A DNA stretch of 64,000 bases from positions 24,437,971 through 24,501,970 of the forward strand of contig OZ316892.1 of assembly GCA_973895155.1 (NCBI GenBank), given 5' to 3'. A program made the position numbers and the translations under genes. The stretch is from Marsupella aquatica (Eukaryota > Plantae > Marchantiophyta). Shown here one piece after another: positions 27,022 to 40,520 of the stretch (positions are counted from its first letter, which is position 1; each line of letters begins with the position of its first letter). Below the pieces are notes generated by a model. That model saw only the letters and a list, made by a program, of their open reading frames with translations, was not told where the DNA came from and ran no database searches.

Positions 27022-27366
27022 TGTTGAGCATAGACGACAATCGCAATGGCAAGCCCATAAACCATCCAACGCACAAGAGTCGACACAGAGAGATACGTGG
27101 TTCACCTCCACATGAGGCTACGTCCATGGGAACACACAAGAGCTTTATTACACTCTAGGCCGGCCGACCATACCAAGCATCCACAACACAAGCTCTCCCT
27201 ATCTCTCAACTAGCTCCGTAACAATGAGCCTAAGTTCCCACTCTCCAAGCAAACAACGATTGGTTATAAAGTGTGCACAACATGACTAACTTAACCAAGT
27301 CTGCGACTAAGGTTAGCCTTAACTGTGGTACAGTCGTAACTCTAGACCTAAGAGTAAATCCTAACA
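27022..27366 (-). mobile_element. Solo LTR, 345 bp, inverted relative to the 2949-3296 copy
   Basis: TGTTG...CTAACA termini. 27022-27240 is the near-exact reverse complement of 3078-3296. Flanks ttata/ttatg give a 4/5 TSD match. Confidence 0.8.
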
Positions 27367-27530
27367 TTATGGGTGTGTAACCATTTGCACTAGGTGCCGC
27401 CATTTCCATAACCTTGTGCCCAGATAGTCTTGCCTAGTAATCTTTTTTCCGGGCAAGTATTAAGAATGAATGATAATGACTGTTTGGGCTAGGGTTCTAG
27501 TCTGAAACATGTTCCCACAAACCTCATAAA

Positions 27531-27707
27531 CCAGTCAGCATTTCCTCACCTTCTGGTAAAAACTAGTCACCCAAGACCTAATAGTCATTACCCTATACAT
27601 GACTTCAACCTCGCCCAGCCAGTCAGCATTTCCTCACCTTCTCGTAAAAACTAGTAACCCAAGACCAAACCATCATTACCCTATACATAACTTTAACCCC
27701 GCCCAGC
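27531..27707. repeat. ~89-bp tandem duplication, with a related partial copy at ~26958-26993
   Basis: 'ccagtcagcatttcctcaccttct(g/c)gtaaaaactagt..cccaagacc....tcattaccctatacat.act..aacc.cgcccagc' occurs twice. Confidence 0.8.
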
Positions 27708-28288
27708 TTTGAGGAGCGCTAATTGACCTGGCCCCGTTGATTGACCTGAGGTGAGGTGAGATGAGCCCCATGACTCGAGATTTTGATGGCACCGAGAGTC
27801 TCGTACTTTTACTGCAGAGTAGAGTCTCAGTTGGGTGTTTTTGACGAAGGCACGTCGACACTCTAAACCGACTGATGAGACAGACTCTTGAGGCCACAAT
27901 CTTTCAATTCTCACACAACAAACAAACAGAAACGAATCGCTGATATTGAGGAAGCGATGTCACAAGTCATGCTAACCGTTGAGATGAAGAGCTGAGGATG
28001 AATGAACAGACCAACTTCGATTTCAACTCCTGGACGGACGAGCAAATGGTTGAACACAGAGTTTTTGCCACAGGTCAGTCAAATTTTAGCTGCTGAGGAG
28101 CGGAATTCGTCGTCTGAAGATCCGTCCGAGATAATTATCAGCTGAAGTGGTAGGGATACAATTCTTCCAACGGTTGGACCTGGAGGAAGAAACGAGGGCG
28201 CTTGAGCGCGTGTCTGAAATCTATGATTGAATTCTGAAGTGTGGGTGCGCGCCTTGTCGATTCTGAGCCATCGGAAAGAGACTAGACG

Positions 28289-30543
28289 ATGGAGAGAGTT
28301 TTCGTGTCAAGTGTGAAGAAAGGAGTCTTGAAACTCCCTTTCAGTTCTTCGGGACAGCCTAGGAATTCTCACAGAGCTGATGAGTGTTGGGTGAGTTTTC
28401 GTGCCCTTCCTCATGCCCGCAATGTCAGCTCTGCGTTGTCGGCGAGCAACAGGAGATTTGCTGCTGCCAGAGCCGCGATAATTTCACACGCCGGGCAAGC
28501 AGCTACGACTCTTTACTCAGGAAGTGACTCTGCTGCTGATAGCATTGCACCCATCACGATCTTCACGGCTGCAGAAGGCAAGCCGGTGCAGTTTCAAGAC
28601 CTATGGGACCAGCAAAACGTAACTCGCTTTTCTCTTGTACTCTCAAATTCCAAAACAAAGGTTTTTCGTTGATTTTTATCCTCGCTCAAGGCAATGGCTT
28701 GAGCATAAGGAATGAGGTTTAGCTAGCCTCTTCATTGTGAAATGAAGTTCATAACTATGCCTAAGAATTGTAATGCGTGGTGGTTGGTGACAGGGAATGG
28801 CAGTGGTTGCCTTCTTGCGACATTTCGGATGTCCGTATTGGTGAGCCAAAAGCCATCATTGTAAATAGATTATTGGGAATTATGGGAATCCTATCCATTT
28901 TCTCAAGCTATTTGCCTGAGGGTAGATTTTGTTATCTTTACACTAAATTGTACTGCTTAAAATGCGATATGGAAACTAAAGCTTTGTGATACATTTCGAT
29001 CATTACTGTAGCTGGGAGTTTGCGGGGCAGCTGAGGGATGCCAAACCCACACTGGATGCCGCGGGTGTGAAGTTGATCACAATTGGTGTCGGCAAGCCAG
29101 ACAAAGCACAACTTATGGCAGAGAAGGTCCGTGATGTATACTCATTCAATTGATCAATTTGAACTCGCAAACGGCATTGATTTCTTAGGTATCCTGATAA
29201 TTTCTGATTCTCTGCTGTCTCACAGGTCAATTTCCCTATCGAATGCCTGTACTGTGACGACGACAGAAAGGTACGCCAGATGTAGTGGGGGACACTGACC
29301 ATTTGTATACGTTCATGGTTCATATGCAATCAATAAGTTTAATTGGCTATTAATAATTTCAATCTCTATTACGCACCAATTTATTGGATCTATTGGTTCT
29401 CGAACGTAACTTAGACGTCACCACGTTGTGTAAATGAAGGCATACAAAGCGCTTGAGTTGCCTGGGGATGCTGGCACCTTCTTCTTCCCGAAGAAATCTC
29501 CGGTGAGAATTGCCTAAAGATTTCCTGAGAATCAAACAGACAGTAATTCTTCGGTTGCTAAACTACTCTATCCTTCCTTTGATTGAGTACGATTAGTATC
29601 TACAAGTCTTTAAAATAAGAATGATTGGAAAACGCGACCTTGGATTTTGACGGTGAGTTGAAATGCTTGCAAGGAAAATTTCAAAATACAGAATTTGACC
29701 TGGCTGTAGTGATCAACGAAGTAGCTTCGTTGACCATTTTTTGATCTATGTTTCTGGCAGTACAACAGAACGAATGTTGTTTAGGGACGTATCGCTCTAT
29801 GGAGTATTGTAGACACTGTTTTGACGAGCAAAGTCCATCCTGCCTTGACCATGCTCTATTTCCTCAGGTGTAATTTATTCTCAAGCAAAAGCTCTGAAAT
29901 TGCTATGTTGTGGTGTGCAGATCCCTAAACTCTCGGCCAGCTTGGATTCTATTCGAAACGTTTTGTCGAATGGTTATCAAATCTCTGCACCAGATGATAA
30001 GATAGGAGTCATGCAACAGGTAAGCAAGTATCCCATGCTCTCAGTAGATAGATGTTCACTACCGGCGGGGCTGTGCAAATTGTCGGGGCTGTGCAAACTG
30101 TGCATTGAGTTTTGACAACTGGACAATAACTATCAATCCTGAAGGTTTCAAATAACCTTGGGGATCAAGTATTATAAACAGTCGTTGACGCACTGTATCG
30201 TTGTTGGAGAATTAGACCAGCAGGTACAAGAATATAAAATCATTAATTTGCTCCACTCGTTTTTACCTCCATTTCTTTGGCCCTAAACTCAATGATGTCC
30301 TGTCAGTCGAACCGCGTTCGCGACGAGAGTGTTGAAGCTCCTCTGACAACTCTAATGTCCCTGCGAAAGAAAAAATCAAATCTGTTGGGAGGACTAAATC
30401 TCCGGATTTGTGCTGTGTAGGGTGGCCTTTACGTTTTCAAAGGACAGGACGTGCTTTATGCACGAAAGGAGGAGCATGTGGGAGATCATCCTGATCTGAA
30501 AGAGGTCCTCGGTATTTGTTGCACTGTCCCAGAGTACGCGTAG
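28289..30543 (+). CDS. Thioredoxin-fold peroxiredoxin-like protein (AhpC/TSA-2, AAED1/PRXL2 family), probably plastid-targeted, 7 exons
   Basis: Exons 28289-28618, 28794-28840, 29012-29126, 29226-29270, 29440-29502, 29921-30019, 30421-30543. Protein has an S/A/R-rich transit-like N-terminus, then IFTAAEGKPVQFQDLWDQQNGMAVVAFLRHFGCPYCWEFA...LDAAGVKLITIGVG...QQGGLYVFKGQDVLYARKEEHVGDHP. Confidence 0.9.
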
Positions 30544-32135
30544 ACTTCCGCGTCTTCAGTATTTACAGTCGTCTGTGAAGACAATCTCTATTAAACAGTT
30601 TCTAGGAGCTACGGTTCAGGGCTCATGTCGCCACCCCGTCGCTACCACAATGTTGGGTCAACTAGCGCAGTTATCATGGCCACAAAGTTGTTCTCGGAGT
30701 TGTCTTGAATGTGAAGAAACACATTTGAGCATTTCAGCGTGCGATTTAGTTTGTATGGCTTGCTGTCTGAATCAATGCGTCAATACATTGCACCAAAATG
30801 GGTCTTCAGAGCGACGAATAGCGCGCGTCAAGCAAGGCTCAAACTTACTGAATCTTGTTGGTTTCAATAATTGAAGGTGATTTCCATTATTTTGGTACAG
30901 ATACATGAAACGAGCGTACTAAAGGAAACTTTGCTATCTCAATTGAGTACTCGATCCATAAAGATCATGTCAACTGTCATGAAAATCAGATGCTATTCAG
31001 TTTGGCATACATGAACATACCACACGAACTCAAGCCTCCATTGTTAGTCCTCCGATGTTGAGAAAACAACCATTATAGGTACATGCATAGACCGACTGAT
31101 ATATGCGAAAGTGGGGCCCAGATCGTGTCCACCCAGAGTTGTTCGACCATGAAGTTTGAACTCTTACTGCAGTCCCCGGGATCGAATTGACCTTGGTTTA
31201 TTGGCTTTCTCTGTGTAAGAGGTCCGTTTCATACTTTTAACATTCTAAATCTTCAGCATGAGGTTAGTGCGAACTTGAACCGAAGCACACTACTGTACCT
31301 TTCTAACCTTCTTTCTATGGGCCCACTGTCTCTAACGGTTATGCAACGCATCTCTTCCACCAACGAAACCAGTAAGTTGAGGTGTCATGCACAGAAGTCT
31401 ATTTAGCTTAATGACCTACTCTCGGTCTGCTCTTTTAGCAAAGATCCTATTCACAGTCGGAATTGACAGTAATTGAGAGTCTGTAAAATTGGAACTTGAT
31501 TTCTATCTCATGACATGCCATTGAAGTCTGTCTCAACATCTGCACAATCATAGCACAGAACATGATATCTGGTATACGCACATATAAGTATCCTTGTCGA
31601 CGCTGATGTAACCCTGCGACCGAATTGAGTATAGCTTGCTAGCCTCCCAGCAATTTATCGCACACAATTAATTTGGACATGGCTCGCATGTTAGAGATAC
31701 GGAAGCAGGGATATAGAGAAGCTCTGTTACAGTTGAAAGTAGCTACTATATTATAGAATACAGGCCTGGGAATTCAACTGGGTAATAATTTGCCAAAATT
31801 CGAAAGTAGAACTCTATCTCCTACATGATACGTACTGACATCTGATCACCCCTTTCGATCTGTATGTACACGTATGTGCAATAAGCGGTGTAGCTTGGTG
31901 CCTCAAGAATGATCATAAAATCAAGCTTCGTGGCCCAGTCAGGGTTGTATGCCCATCTACCACAAGTTCCGGATAGCTAAACCCACATTGTGCTTGTTAC
32001 TGCAAGTGGAACCTCCATGTCTGTGCTCAGTGCAGTAACCATGCATTTGACCAGTATATGATCGACAGTGCAGTGTCTTTCGTTTGGGTTCCGGTTTGCT
32101 CCCGTTTTGTGTATAACTTGATCGTCGAGCTAGAT

Positions 32136-32537
32136 TTAAATTAATCTCGGTCTAGGGGAGACTCCAGTGTAAGCGTTGTAAAAGATTTTGAGCGGGGTCT
32201 GGTTACAATCAGCTTCGCCTTCTGGAAGTACTCTCGCCGTGGGCGACACCATCGACACCGGAATATTAATGACCGCTGCAGTAGAAAGGAGGTCAATGTC
32301 GGCAGGCAGCTGGTTGAAAACAGCATGGTCACATTCGAGTGTCTGATCTAATTTGCCAATAACCTCGACAACCAGGATTTCTCCCTCATCTGAACGACGA
32401 CATAGAGGAAACACCTGTCTCACTCGCCAGTGCTTAGCGTCGCGAAGTATAGACCATATTGCCCGGACGATGAAAACCACCAAAATTGTCAACCCAATTC
32501 CTTGGATGAAAAAACTCCTTGACAGCTTGCCCTCCAT
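32136..32537 (-). CDS. Hypothetical 133-aa protein with an N-terminal hydrophobic (TM/signal-anchor) segment
   Basis: ATG-initiated ORF with FFIQGIGLTILVVFIVRAIWSIL followed by basic residues. A plausible splice acceptor (catcactag) lies 6 nt upstream of the ATG. No recognisable domain. Confidence 0.4.
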   Translation of the reverse strand: MEGKLSRSFFIQGIGLTILVVFIVRAIWSILRDAKHWRVRQVFPLCRRSDEGEILVVEVIGKLDQTLECDHAVFNQLPADIDLLSTAAVINIPVSMVSPTARVLPEGEADCNQTPLKIFYNAYTGVSPRPRLI

Positions 32538-35500
32538 AGGGACCTAGTGATGTACTATACAGACAGCGAGAGAAGACCGAGGATCGAGACTATTCACTAT
32601 TTTGTTGTTAGCACTGGCAAGTAACTCGTCGGAAACTTGAAATGGAAATGTGCATCCTTTCTTGACTCCTCTGGTTTTCAGCGTCGAGCTCTCTGCTGCA
32701 TGTACCTTCCACTACTGAGAACTATACATTCGCACTTGCCGAATGTAGACTGTAGACAGGAGTTCCCCTCACCCATTCAAGAGAACTAGCATGTGACAAC
32801 TGTCAAGCCAACCCGCTTCAGCAATTACCAAATAAAACGGAGAAGATGTTATTGATCGAGATGATATCTAGGACAGCATTGAACATTTGGCCAATACGTA
32901 AGTGGATCGAGCAATATATGCTATGACAATTTCACGCACCTAAAAGTTCTAAGCTTCAGGAATACACTTTTGATGAGCCGAAGTCTGGGTGAACAAGACC
33001 CCAAACCTAAGGACGGCAGAAGTGTTTGACAGCAAGAAGTCCTATTGCAGGTGAGGCTTTGTATACATGATTGAGAATTTTCTCAGATGGTTCGCTACGT
33101 CATATCCCCGAACTGTTTATTTCCTGTAGTCGATGATGTCAGTTCTTCTTGTATGATTCAAGACATAGTCAGATACTGGCTCACATCTAGACCGCTCCAA
33201 AGACTTGCAATGAGTTAACTTCCTGCTCTACCTAGGCTCTGATCTCTCTAAACCCTCCTTCAGAAATGCTTTTGTCGTCTAGATCATCATGATTTTGCCT
33301 ATTAGCTACAGTAGTAATTGCAAACAGGCTCGGGCCTCAGCAGAAATTTGACCTCTCATGAGTGCACTGCATTAAGCACTTAAGCGCTTTGCCATGGTAC
33401 TCGATCAGTCTGCATTACGATGATGTCTCTCACAGCTTTCCCGGACCACACATGCACTCAACCTCGTCTCGAAAATATAGGCCCTGGAGTGCTTTCCGCC
33501 TGCATACATATATCTGGATTGCTCTGCTCTGATTTCGGCCGGGCTGAATGTGTACCTGGGATAGATCTCACCGACAAGCACAGGTCCCGGGCACAGATAA
33601 GAAGCAACCGAGCTCGCTCAGATGCTCACCTATCAGACAGACAGACCAACTAGTGGTCGGCAATCTGTACTACAAAAGATGGTGGTGCAGCAATCAATCA
33701 GATGTCCTGACTGACGCTCACTGTTCAAATGTGACGACGTAGGCGACTGCTTCCTCAGAGGCCACAGGCAGGCAGCTCAGGCAGGCCACTCGAGACGCAT
33801 GAACAGTCAGCCGGTCATGTCATACTATACTTTGTACTTGGGTTGAGTGTACCATGGCCGGCGTACCTACATTGCAAACCTTGGAGGACTGTGGGTTTAT
33901 GGTACCCTGGGACTCTGGAGGGAGGGACCACTCGAGGTCATCAGTCTATCCATGTGTGTGGCCGGCACGGAGAAAAAGTCAAGTCACCGATGATCCCATG
34001 ATTCCAGCACTTTGAGTAAGTACTGTATGTACGCAAGCGAGCCCATATCCGCAATTCCGCATTGGTTCCCACAGATTGATGAATACATGATCCATCCGTC
34101 CTCCAATGAAGGCAAGCTGGAGAGGTGGAGAGTGACGGAATTGTTTCTCGAAGGGGACAGCAGTCATGGTGGATTGATAGATCGATCATGAATCACATCA
34201 TTCATTGCTGCATGTCACCGTCTTCGTCCACGACAATCGCCTCCCTCGCTCGCCCAATCTCGTCCTAGAAGCTTTCTTTTCTGGTCTCAAATGAAGCTTG
34301 TGAAGCTCGTACTGTACTGTGTCAGTGCACCGACGTGAGTGTACAGCATTGTTCAATCTGCGATCCGACATTAAAGTCATCCATAATATAAAGTGGGCAA
34401 AAGCATAATATAAAGTGGCCAAAACCGGGGTCACATTCCCAATGTCTGCTTTTTGGTGTGTTTACTTAAATTCTCCCAAAGTTGCCCTGCACAGGTTAGT
34501 TTAGCGCAAATAAGCAGGTGAGTTTAGGCATTGGAGTTCAGCAGCGCAGCAATGGTGCTCAGCATATCCCAGACATGGAGCTCAACATCTTGGAGCAATG
34601 GAGCACAGCACCTCGTTGCAGCATGTGAATGTGCCATGGTGCTCAGCAGCTAGCACTTGATCAAGCTCAGCAGCTCACAGCAATGTGTTCTCTTTTTCCA
34701 ACAGCTCACAGCAATGGCGCCCAGCAGTGCAACAATGGCGTCCAGCAGCGCAGCAATGGAGGGGGGAAACTTGATAATGGAGCTCGATCAGCAGCACAAC
34801 GATGGAAGGTAGGGGAGGACATTCTATTCCTAGGCTGCGATGGGAAATGTCTGGCTTGGGCAACGAGGTGTTGAAACGTTGGCCCTGGTTGATAACGGGG
34901 TTGATAATGCTCAGGAGTACTTTACAAGACGTCGAGGGCACTTTGGACTTTTTTTCACCAAAGCAAACTGGAGGCCATTGCACACATTAAATATAGTGTC
35001 CCTGGACTAACAGCATTTTTTGAATCATTTATTGCCCCCAAGGTCTTGTAAAGTCAATTGCAGCCAAAGGTGCCAGATTAATTTACTAAGAGACTATTGA
35101 GGACCCACACCACTCCACCTGAATGTCAAGTAATCTTTGGCTAAAGTTTTTATAGATGTGAGAAGAGAAGATCTTATGAAGGACTTGTGGGTCACTTTTA
35201 ATGCAAATGACTTAAAATAGAAATAGACCAAGAGGCCAAAAGAAAAGAACACCAAGAGAGGTGGTCTAAAATCTAGGACAAAAGAGTGCTCCAAATAAGT
35301 AAAAATGTAGGATTGGTACTAGGTTCGGTTGAAAGTGCCCCCAACGTCTTGTTTCTCTCAAATGGATGGCTCTGATCAGATCTTGGAGACAAAAATAATG
35401 TGGAAACTGCCCCCAACATCTTCTAAAGCCACCTCAGGCACATGCTCCCTCACCCTAACCCACCCTGAGAAGGGCCCAACATACATTGTTGTGAGGATGC

Positions 35501-38449
35501 AAAAATGTGTTTCATCCTGTATTTTTCCCCAGCACTTAAAATTGCAATTAAGTTTACTTGCCCAGGAAGTTTACACAGACTTGCAGCCAGTCACCCATAA
35601 TGATGCACATTAGGGATAACTTTATTATATATAACAAAGTGTAAAAGAATCTGACATTATATTATATATATCAAAGTGACATATATATTAAAGTGCAAAA
35701 TAACCAAAAAGTCAGACTGGGAGACAGGTCCCAAAGGCAAAGCAACCCACTAAAGGGGGGAGAAAAAGAAGGGCAAACTAAGTGCCCCATAAGACAAAGA
35801 GGTCCCACAAGCCATGGAGTCCCCATTACCACAAAGGAGCAAAAACCGCCAAGTACCTCACTAAGTGGCCTAGACGACTGACACCTTACATCTGACATTG
35901 ACATTGCTTAGTGCCAAACTATTTTGGGCTCCACAGATAGACAACGTGTTGTGGGGGTACTTGTCATACAATTCCAAGAATATTCTAAGCATCGATCTTG
36001 ATGTAAGCACTGATTTTTTAGTGTATAAATATTGTTTTAAAACAGCTTTTACAAACCTGTCCCCTGAACTAAGGGAATTCACTAAGGTGTCCCCCCCCCC
36101 CCAAAAAAAAGTTATTTATTAACGTGACCCCCATTTTGTATATGTCTGGGTTGGTGTTGCCTCAGTAGATGTAACTTAATCTCTGTACTCATTAGTGTAG
36201 GGCCTCTTGCTGCCATGTGGCAAGGCACCATTGGCTGCAGGCTCAGCCTGCTTATTGTCCCCTTTCTTGTGGCATTGGCTCAAAGTTCCAGGCCCACAAG
36301 TGCATGTAGCTGAACTATGCAATGTGGCAGCGGGAGGCCCGACACCAATGAGGACAGAGGTTGAGTTACGTCTTTGAGTCTATACTAACCCATATACAGA
36401 ATGAGGGTCAGGTTGGTAAAAACCCTTTGTTTGGGGGGGCACACCACAGTCAATTTCATTAGTTTGGGGGACTGGTTACTAAAAACCTGTCTTTTAAGAT
36501 TAAAATGAAAAACAAGAGATTTAGCCAAAACCCATTTCTTGGAATAAATAATAATTAATGTTTCACGGAGACCCTATTAAATGGGGGCAGCATTCACCAT
36601 GATCAGGTATTTTGGGTGGTCTCATGTTTTGAGAATTTGGTCCGGATGGAGGCAGTCTTGGATGTCTTGGACGTTACATATCATTAATACATTTAAATCA
36701 AAAAAGTGTTCCAGTACCTACTTCGTGTTTGTATTTGTCAAGAAAAGTACTGAATCAGATGTACAAAACCATTGGTCCCAAAATGCCTTTCCAACGACCT
36801 CTGACCAAACACGCTCTTCAGGGACGACAACAACAACAACCCAAAAAGACATCAATAATACAACTCCCAGAACGCCCCTGTACTTTGAACCTCAGTCCTA
36901 GGAGATGTACTTAAATTCACACCCCCTCAAGGGACAGAAGGCAGCACCTCTGTACCTTGGACAAGACCCCTTCCTAAAGCAATAGCACGAGTGTTCCTTG
37001 TTAATGTTTGTAAAACCAACGAGGGGGCATTCAAGCCCTACACAGCCCTAGACAGTAGCACCACAAGAGGTCCTTCCTTAGGAACTGCAGGACAGGAGAC
37101 TGCATCACGGTAAGTACTGTACCTAGCTTGAACAAGAGGGTGCTGTGGGAGCCTGTACCTAAACTCGTGCCCAACTGCACGTGCATGTGCACCAAGTGGC
37201 ACTGCCTGTACCTAAACTGAACCTCTACAGTATAGTACTGAGGACCGTGCAAGGGAATGGTGGTAAAGTACACTACCTAAAGTAGTCACCCCGGACTGAG
37301 GAGGGAGTAGTCTCGAGAGGGCAAGGTACACTGTATGGTCCTTTGTGCTCGACTGTGGGCACTAGTATCGTAACCAAAAGGATGCACCATCACTTGTGGG
37401 AATTGTTTTAACTTGACATATTATAGGGGAGGTCAAAGTTGGCCCTTGTCATGGGAGGCAGTGTTCATCTGCATCTAACCTCATGGACAATTCTCGCCAT
37501 GCATGGAGAGATTGGAAGTTTGCAGCTTTCTGAAGTTCCTTAAGGGTAATAGTTCACTAAACATGCATTTGGCAAAATCATAACCTGCCACGTCATCAAT
37601 TTATATTTCATAATGATGGGATTATGGTCTGACTTATTTTTCTGGTCATAAATTATGGGGTGTGCAAGGGTGGTACAATTATGTTGGATCTCAGATGGTC
37701 TAAAACAGAGCATTGATGGCTTGTTTATGGTCGCACTAACAAAAACTACCCTTAATAACTTTTTCCAATGGTTCTGCATTTGGCCTCCATCCAATGGTTC
37801 TCTGGTGGGCCATTATGCATATATGGCATCCTGCATACCTCCCGGCCTTGGTAAGTGAAGAATACTCTGGCCACCACCTGCCAAACTATTTTTATCACTA
37901 GGGAGTCTCAGACCTACAAGTTGTGGGACACAAACTATGTATATTACTAGGGCAATATATATTTTATTTTTTATTTTATTTTTATTTTACTGGGGCTCTC
38001 AAACCTTGAAATTGTGGGAAAACAGGGACGCCCCAAACTACCAATTTTGGTTATGGGTCAGGAGTGTTCGGACACACATATATTTTCTTGCATTTTTGTG
38101 TCCGCCTCTTTTATGGGGGAATTTGTGGCTGACGGCGACCAGAGGCAGAAAGAAGAGGTTTGAGATGCCCTACTGATCACTGTGCCAACCTTACCCGGTT
38201 GGCACCCCTCTATTTGTTAACCAGATCCGTGACCAAGGTATTGTTTGAAGAAGAGGGGAGTGATGGACTTACCCGTATGGTAGCTGGGATTCTGTCCAAG
38301 CCTCCAACACCAGAAGGAAACTAATAAGCGTAGAATGTTCATGGAAGTGTCAGGACTTGAGCGTTTGGCTGTTTATTTCTCAATGCATCGTCTCCCATGG
38401 ATTTCTTAGATTTTTAAATGGTTCTCTGAGGTTTGTTTTCTCCGTTTCT

Positions 38450-39800
38450 GTTTCCTTGGTTTCGCTCCAAAACAGAAATATCGAGATATGATCGAAGAAT
38501 GGAAGGAAAACCTCCGCAATTATGTCCCTCTGGTTGGGAACATGTTGGAAACTTCCAATCCACTCGGGAATCCATCGCAATCTCGGGGTAGATGAAAGTG
38601 CAAACTCACGATAGCATTTCACTCCAGCCCTTTGCTGACTGTATTTGTTGACACTTCAATGGGTCGTTGTTGGATTCGTGTCTATTGCTGTAGTTCGAAT
38701 GAGATATTTGCAAGCCGTTCATGCACTATGTCAAACTGTCATACGATTCGATTTCTCACGAATTGAACGCATGCGCTTGAGTGCCATGGTTAATATAGTT
38801 AAAGCAGTTCATGATTAGTTGTGCATGGGTGCGTCTGCAACTGACGACGATGATCAACCTCAACGTTACAATTGTTGAATTGAAAAGGATTGTTGCAGTC
38901 TTGCAGTCATGATGGCTGTATACATTTTAAAAATAATCTAGAAACTGGCCGTAGACAATCACTGTAGATGTTTGCGTGAAATAAGATTTAATTAGTACCA
39001 TGCTGTTACTCTAAAAACAAAGCGACTTTAAAAACAAAGTGAATCATTTTCCATAGTGTCCATCGAGTTTTGGTCCGAGATCTAACTCAATTTCCCTCCA
39101 ATCTTATGCATGGCCGTGGAATTGGCATTTTACAAACATGTGATGAAACTTGCATCAATAGGTTAGAGAGACTTTGCACATCAAGAATAAATTTCCAGAC
39201 AACATTGGAGTACCCGTCCAGATATGATGCCAGCATGTGCAATCACAATCTTTCTGGAGATGACTAAAAATCATCCAGCTATAATTAGTGGCCGATATCC
39301 AACTTTCATGGAGGCAACTTCGGAGTTCTCATGTGGACCTTTCTAATTTTACTAAAGAAGAGGCTACTGACTCACTTTCAATACTGGTATAAAAACCCGC
39401 AGGGCTTCTTAAAACATCCCATCAATCGAAAATACAAGGTAATTCTTACTTATTAACAGGGCCAGAGCAATGTAAGGGTACCTAACGAGTCATCTTTTCA
39501 GGGGAATATGAAAAGTGTTCTTCTTCTGCGATGCAATAACCAATACTTTTGACAGTCTTGAGGCCGAGGTCTTAGTAACCGACTACTGTAAAAAGTGCAC
39601 AGGCTAGCTACCGGATACCTCAAGGCTGTTCGAAGGTTCTCTCAAGATTTTCCACCCAATTGCACTGAAAATCTGTGTAAACTCGGTTTCGCTAATTGAC
39701 GAATTTGAAATTATCAGGAAGATTTTTGCATGGGTACGCAGTTTCTAACAACCTCCTTCTCAATCTTGTAGTCTCCTCTCAAATTAAAGAGAAACAACCA
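38450..39800 (-). pseudogene. Possible highly degraded leucine-rich-repeat gene remnant
   Basis: Scattered LRR-like peptides on the minus strand (KNLPDNF ~39710-39730, FSHLQK ~39255-39270, WIPEWIGSFQH ~38545-38575), interrupted by stops and frameshifts. Confidence 0.25.
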
Positions 39801-40520
39801 TCTCGACTTTGAAATCACATAATGAAGAAACGCTTCAATCTACAGTAGAGTTGGGAGCCTTCCGATCGATTCGTGATGAACATACATCTTCAACGATTCC
39901 CGATGTACATATATTGAAAATGAGAGGGTAGAAGCCAGGGGGGATTTCGTGGGGCTAGGATAGTGCTCTGGAAGCGGAAGGCGTGGTCTGGTCTGAGCCT
40001 GCTTTTGCAGTCTCAGAAGGTATTAATGCTTAAAGGAAGGAGTGATCAGTCAGGGTCTGATCGAGCCAGCTCTTGCGCTCACAGAGAATATTAATGCTTA
40101 AGTCTGAATCAATCTGACCTGATGATGAACTCTCACATACTACTGTAGATCCAGACATACTGCTCTTCCAAGTCTGCAATCTGACCAATGAATTGTTGCC
40201 TGGAACAAAGATACAAAGAACAGCATTGATTCTAAATGGGGGACAAAATTCTGATGCTAGCAAATCCTTCTCTCCGAACGTGGCGAATGTCTACTGCAGG
40301 CCTACCAAATTGAGGCATACCTGTGCTTCCCCTGCGAATGTGGAGAATGTCTACAGTCGGTCTGGTAAGATGAGGCTGCCCTCTGCTTCTTCCCATCATC
40401 CAGCTGTTGCTGATCGGATCATAACACATCCGTTTTGCTGCTGAGATCATGACTCGTCCGTTTTGAACGACAAATGCTGTTTGCGAAGAAACACGATTTC
40501 GTACCGACGGTTTGTGAAAA

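Noticed and set aside
34421-36137. Possible terminal inverted repeats (aaaaccggggtcac / gtgacccccatttt) around a CAG-rich segment
   Set aside because: Only 12/14 match, with no outward extension, no TSD and no transposase remnant.
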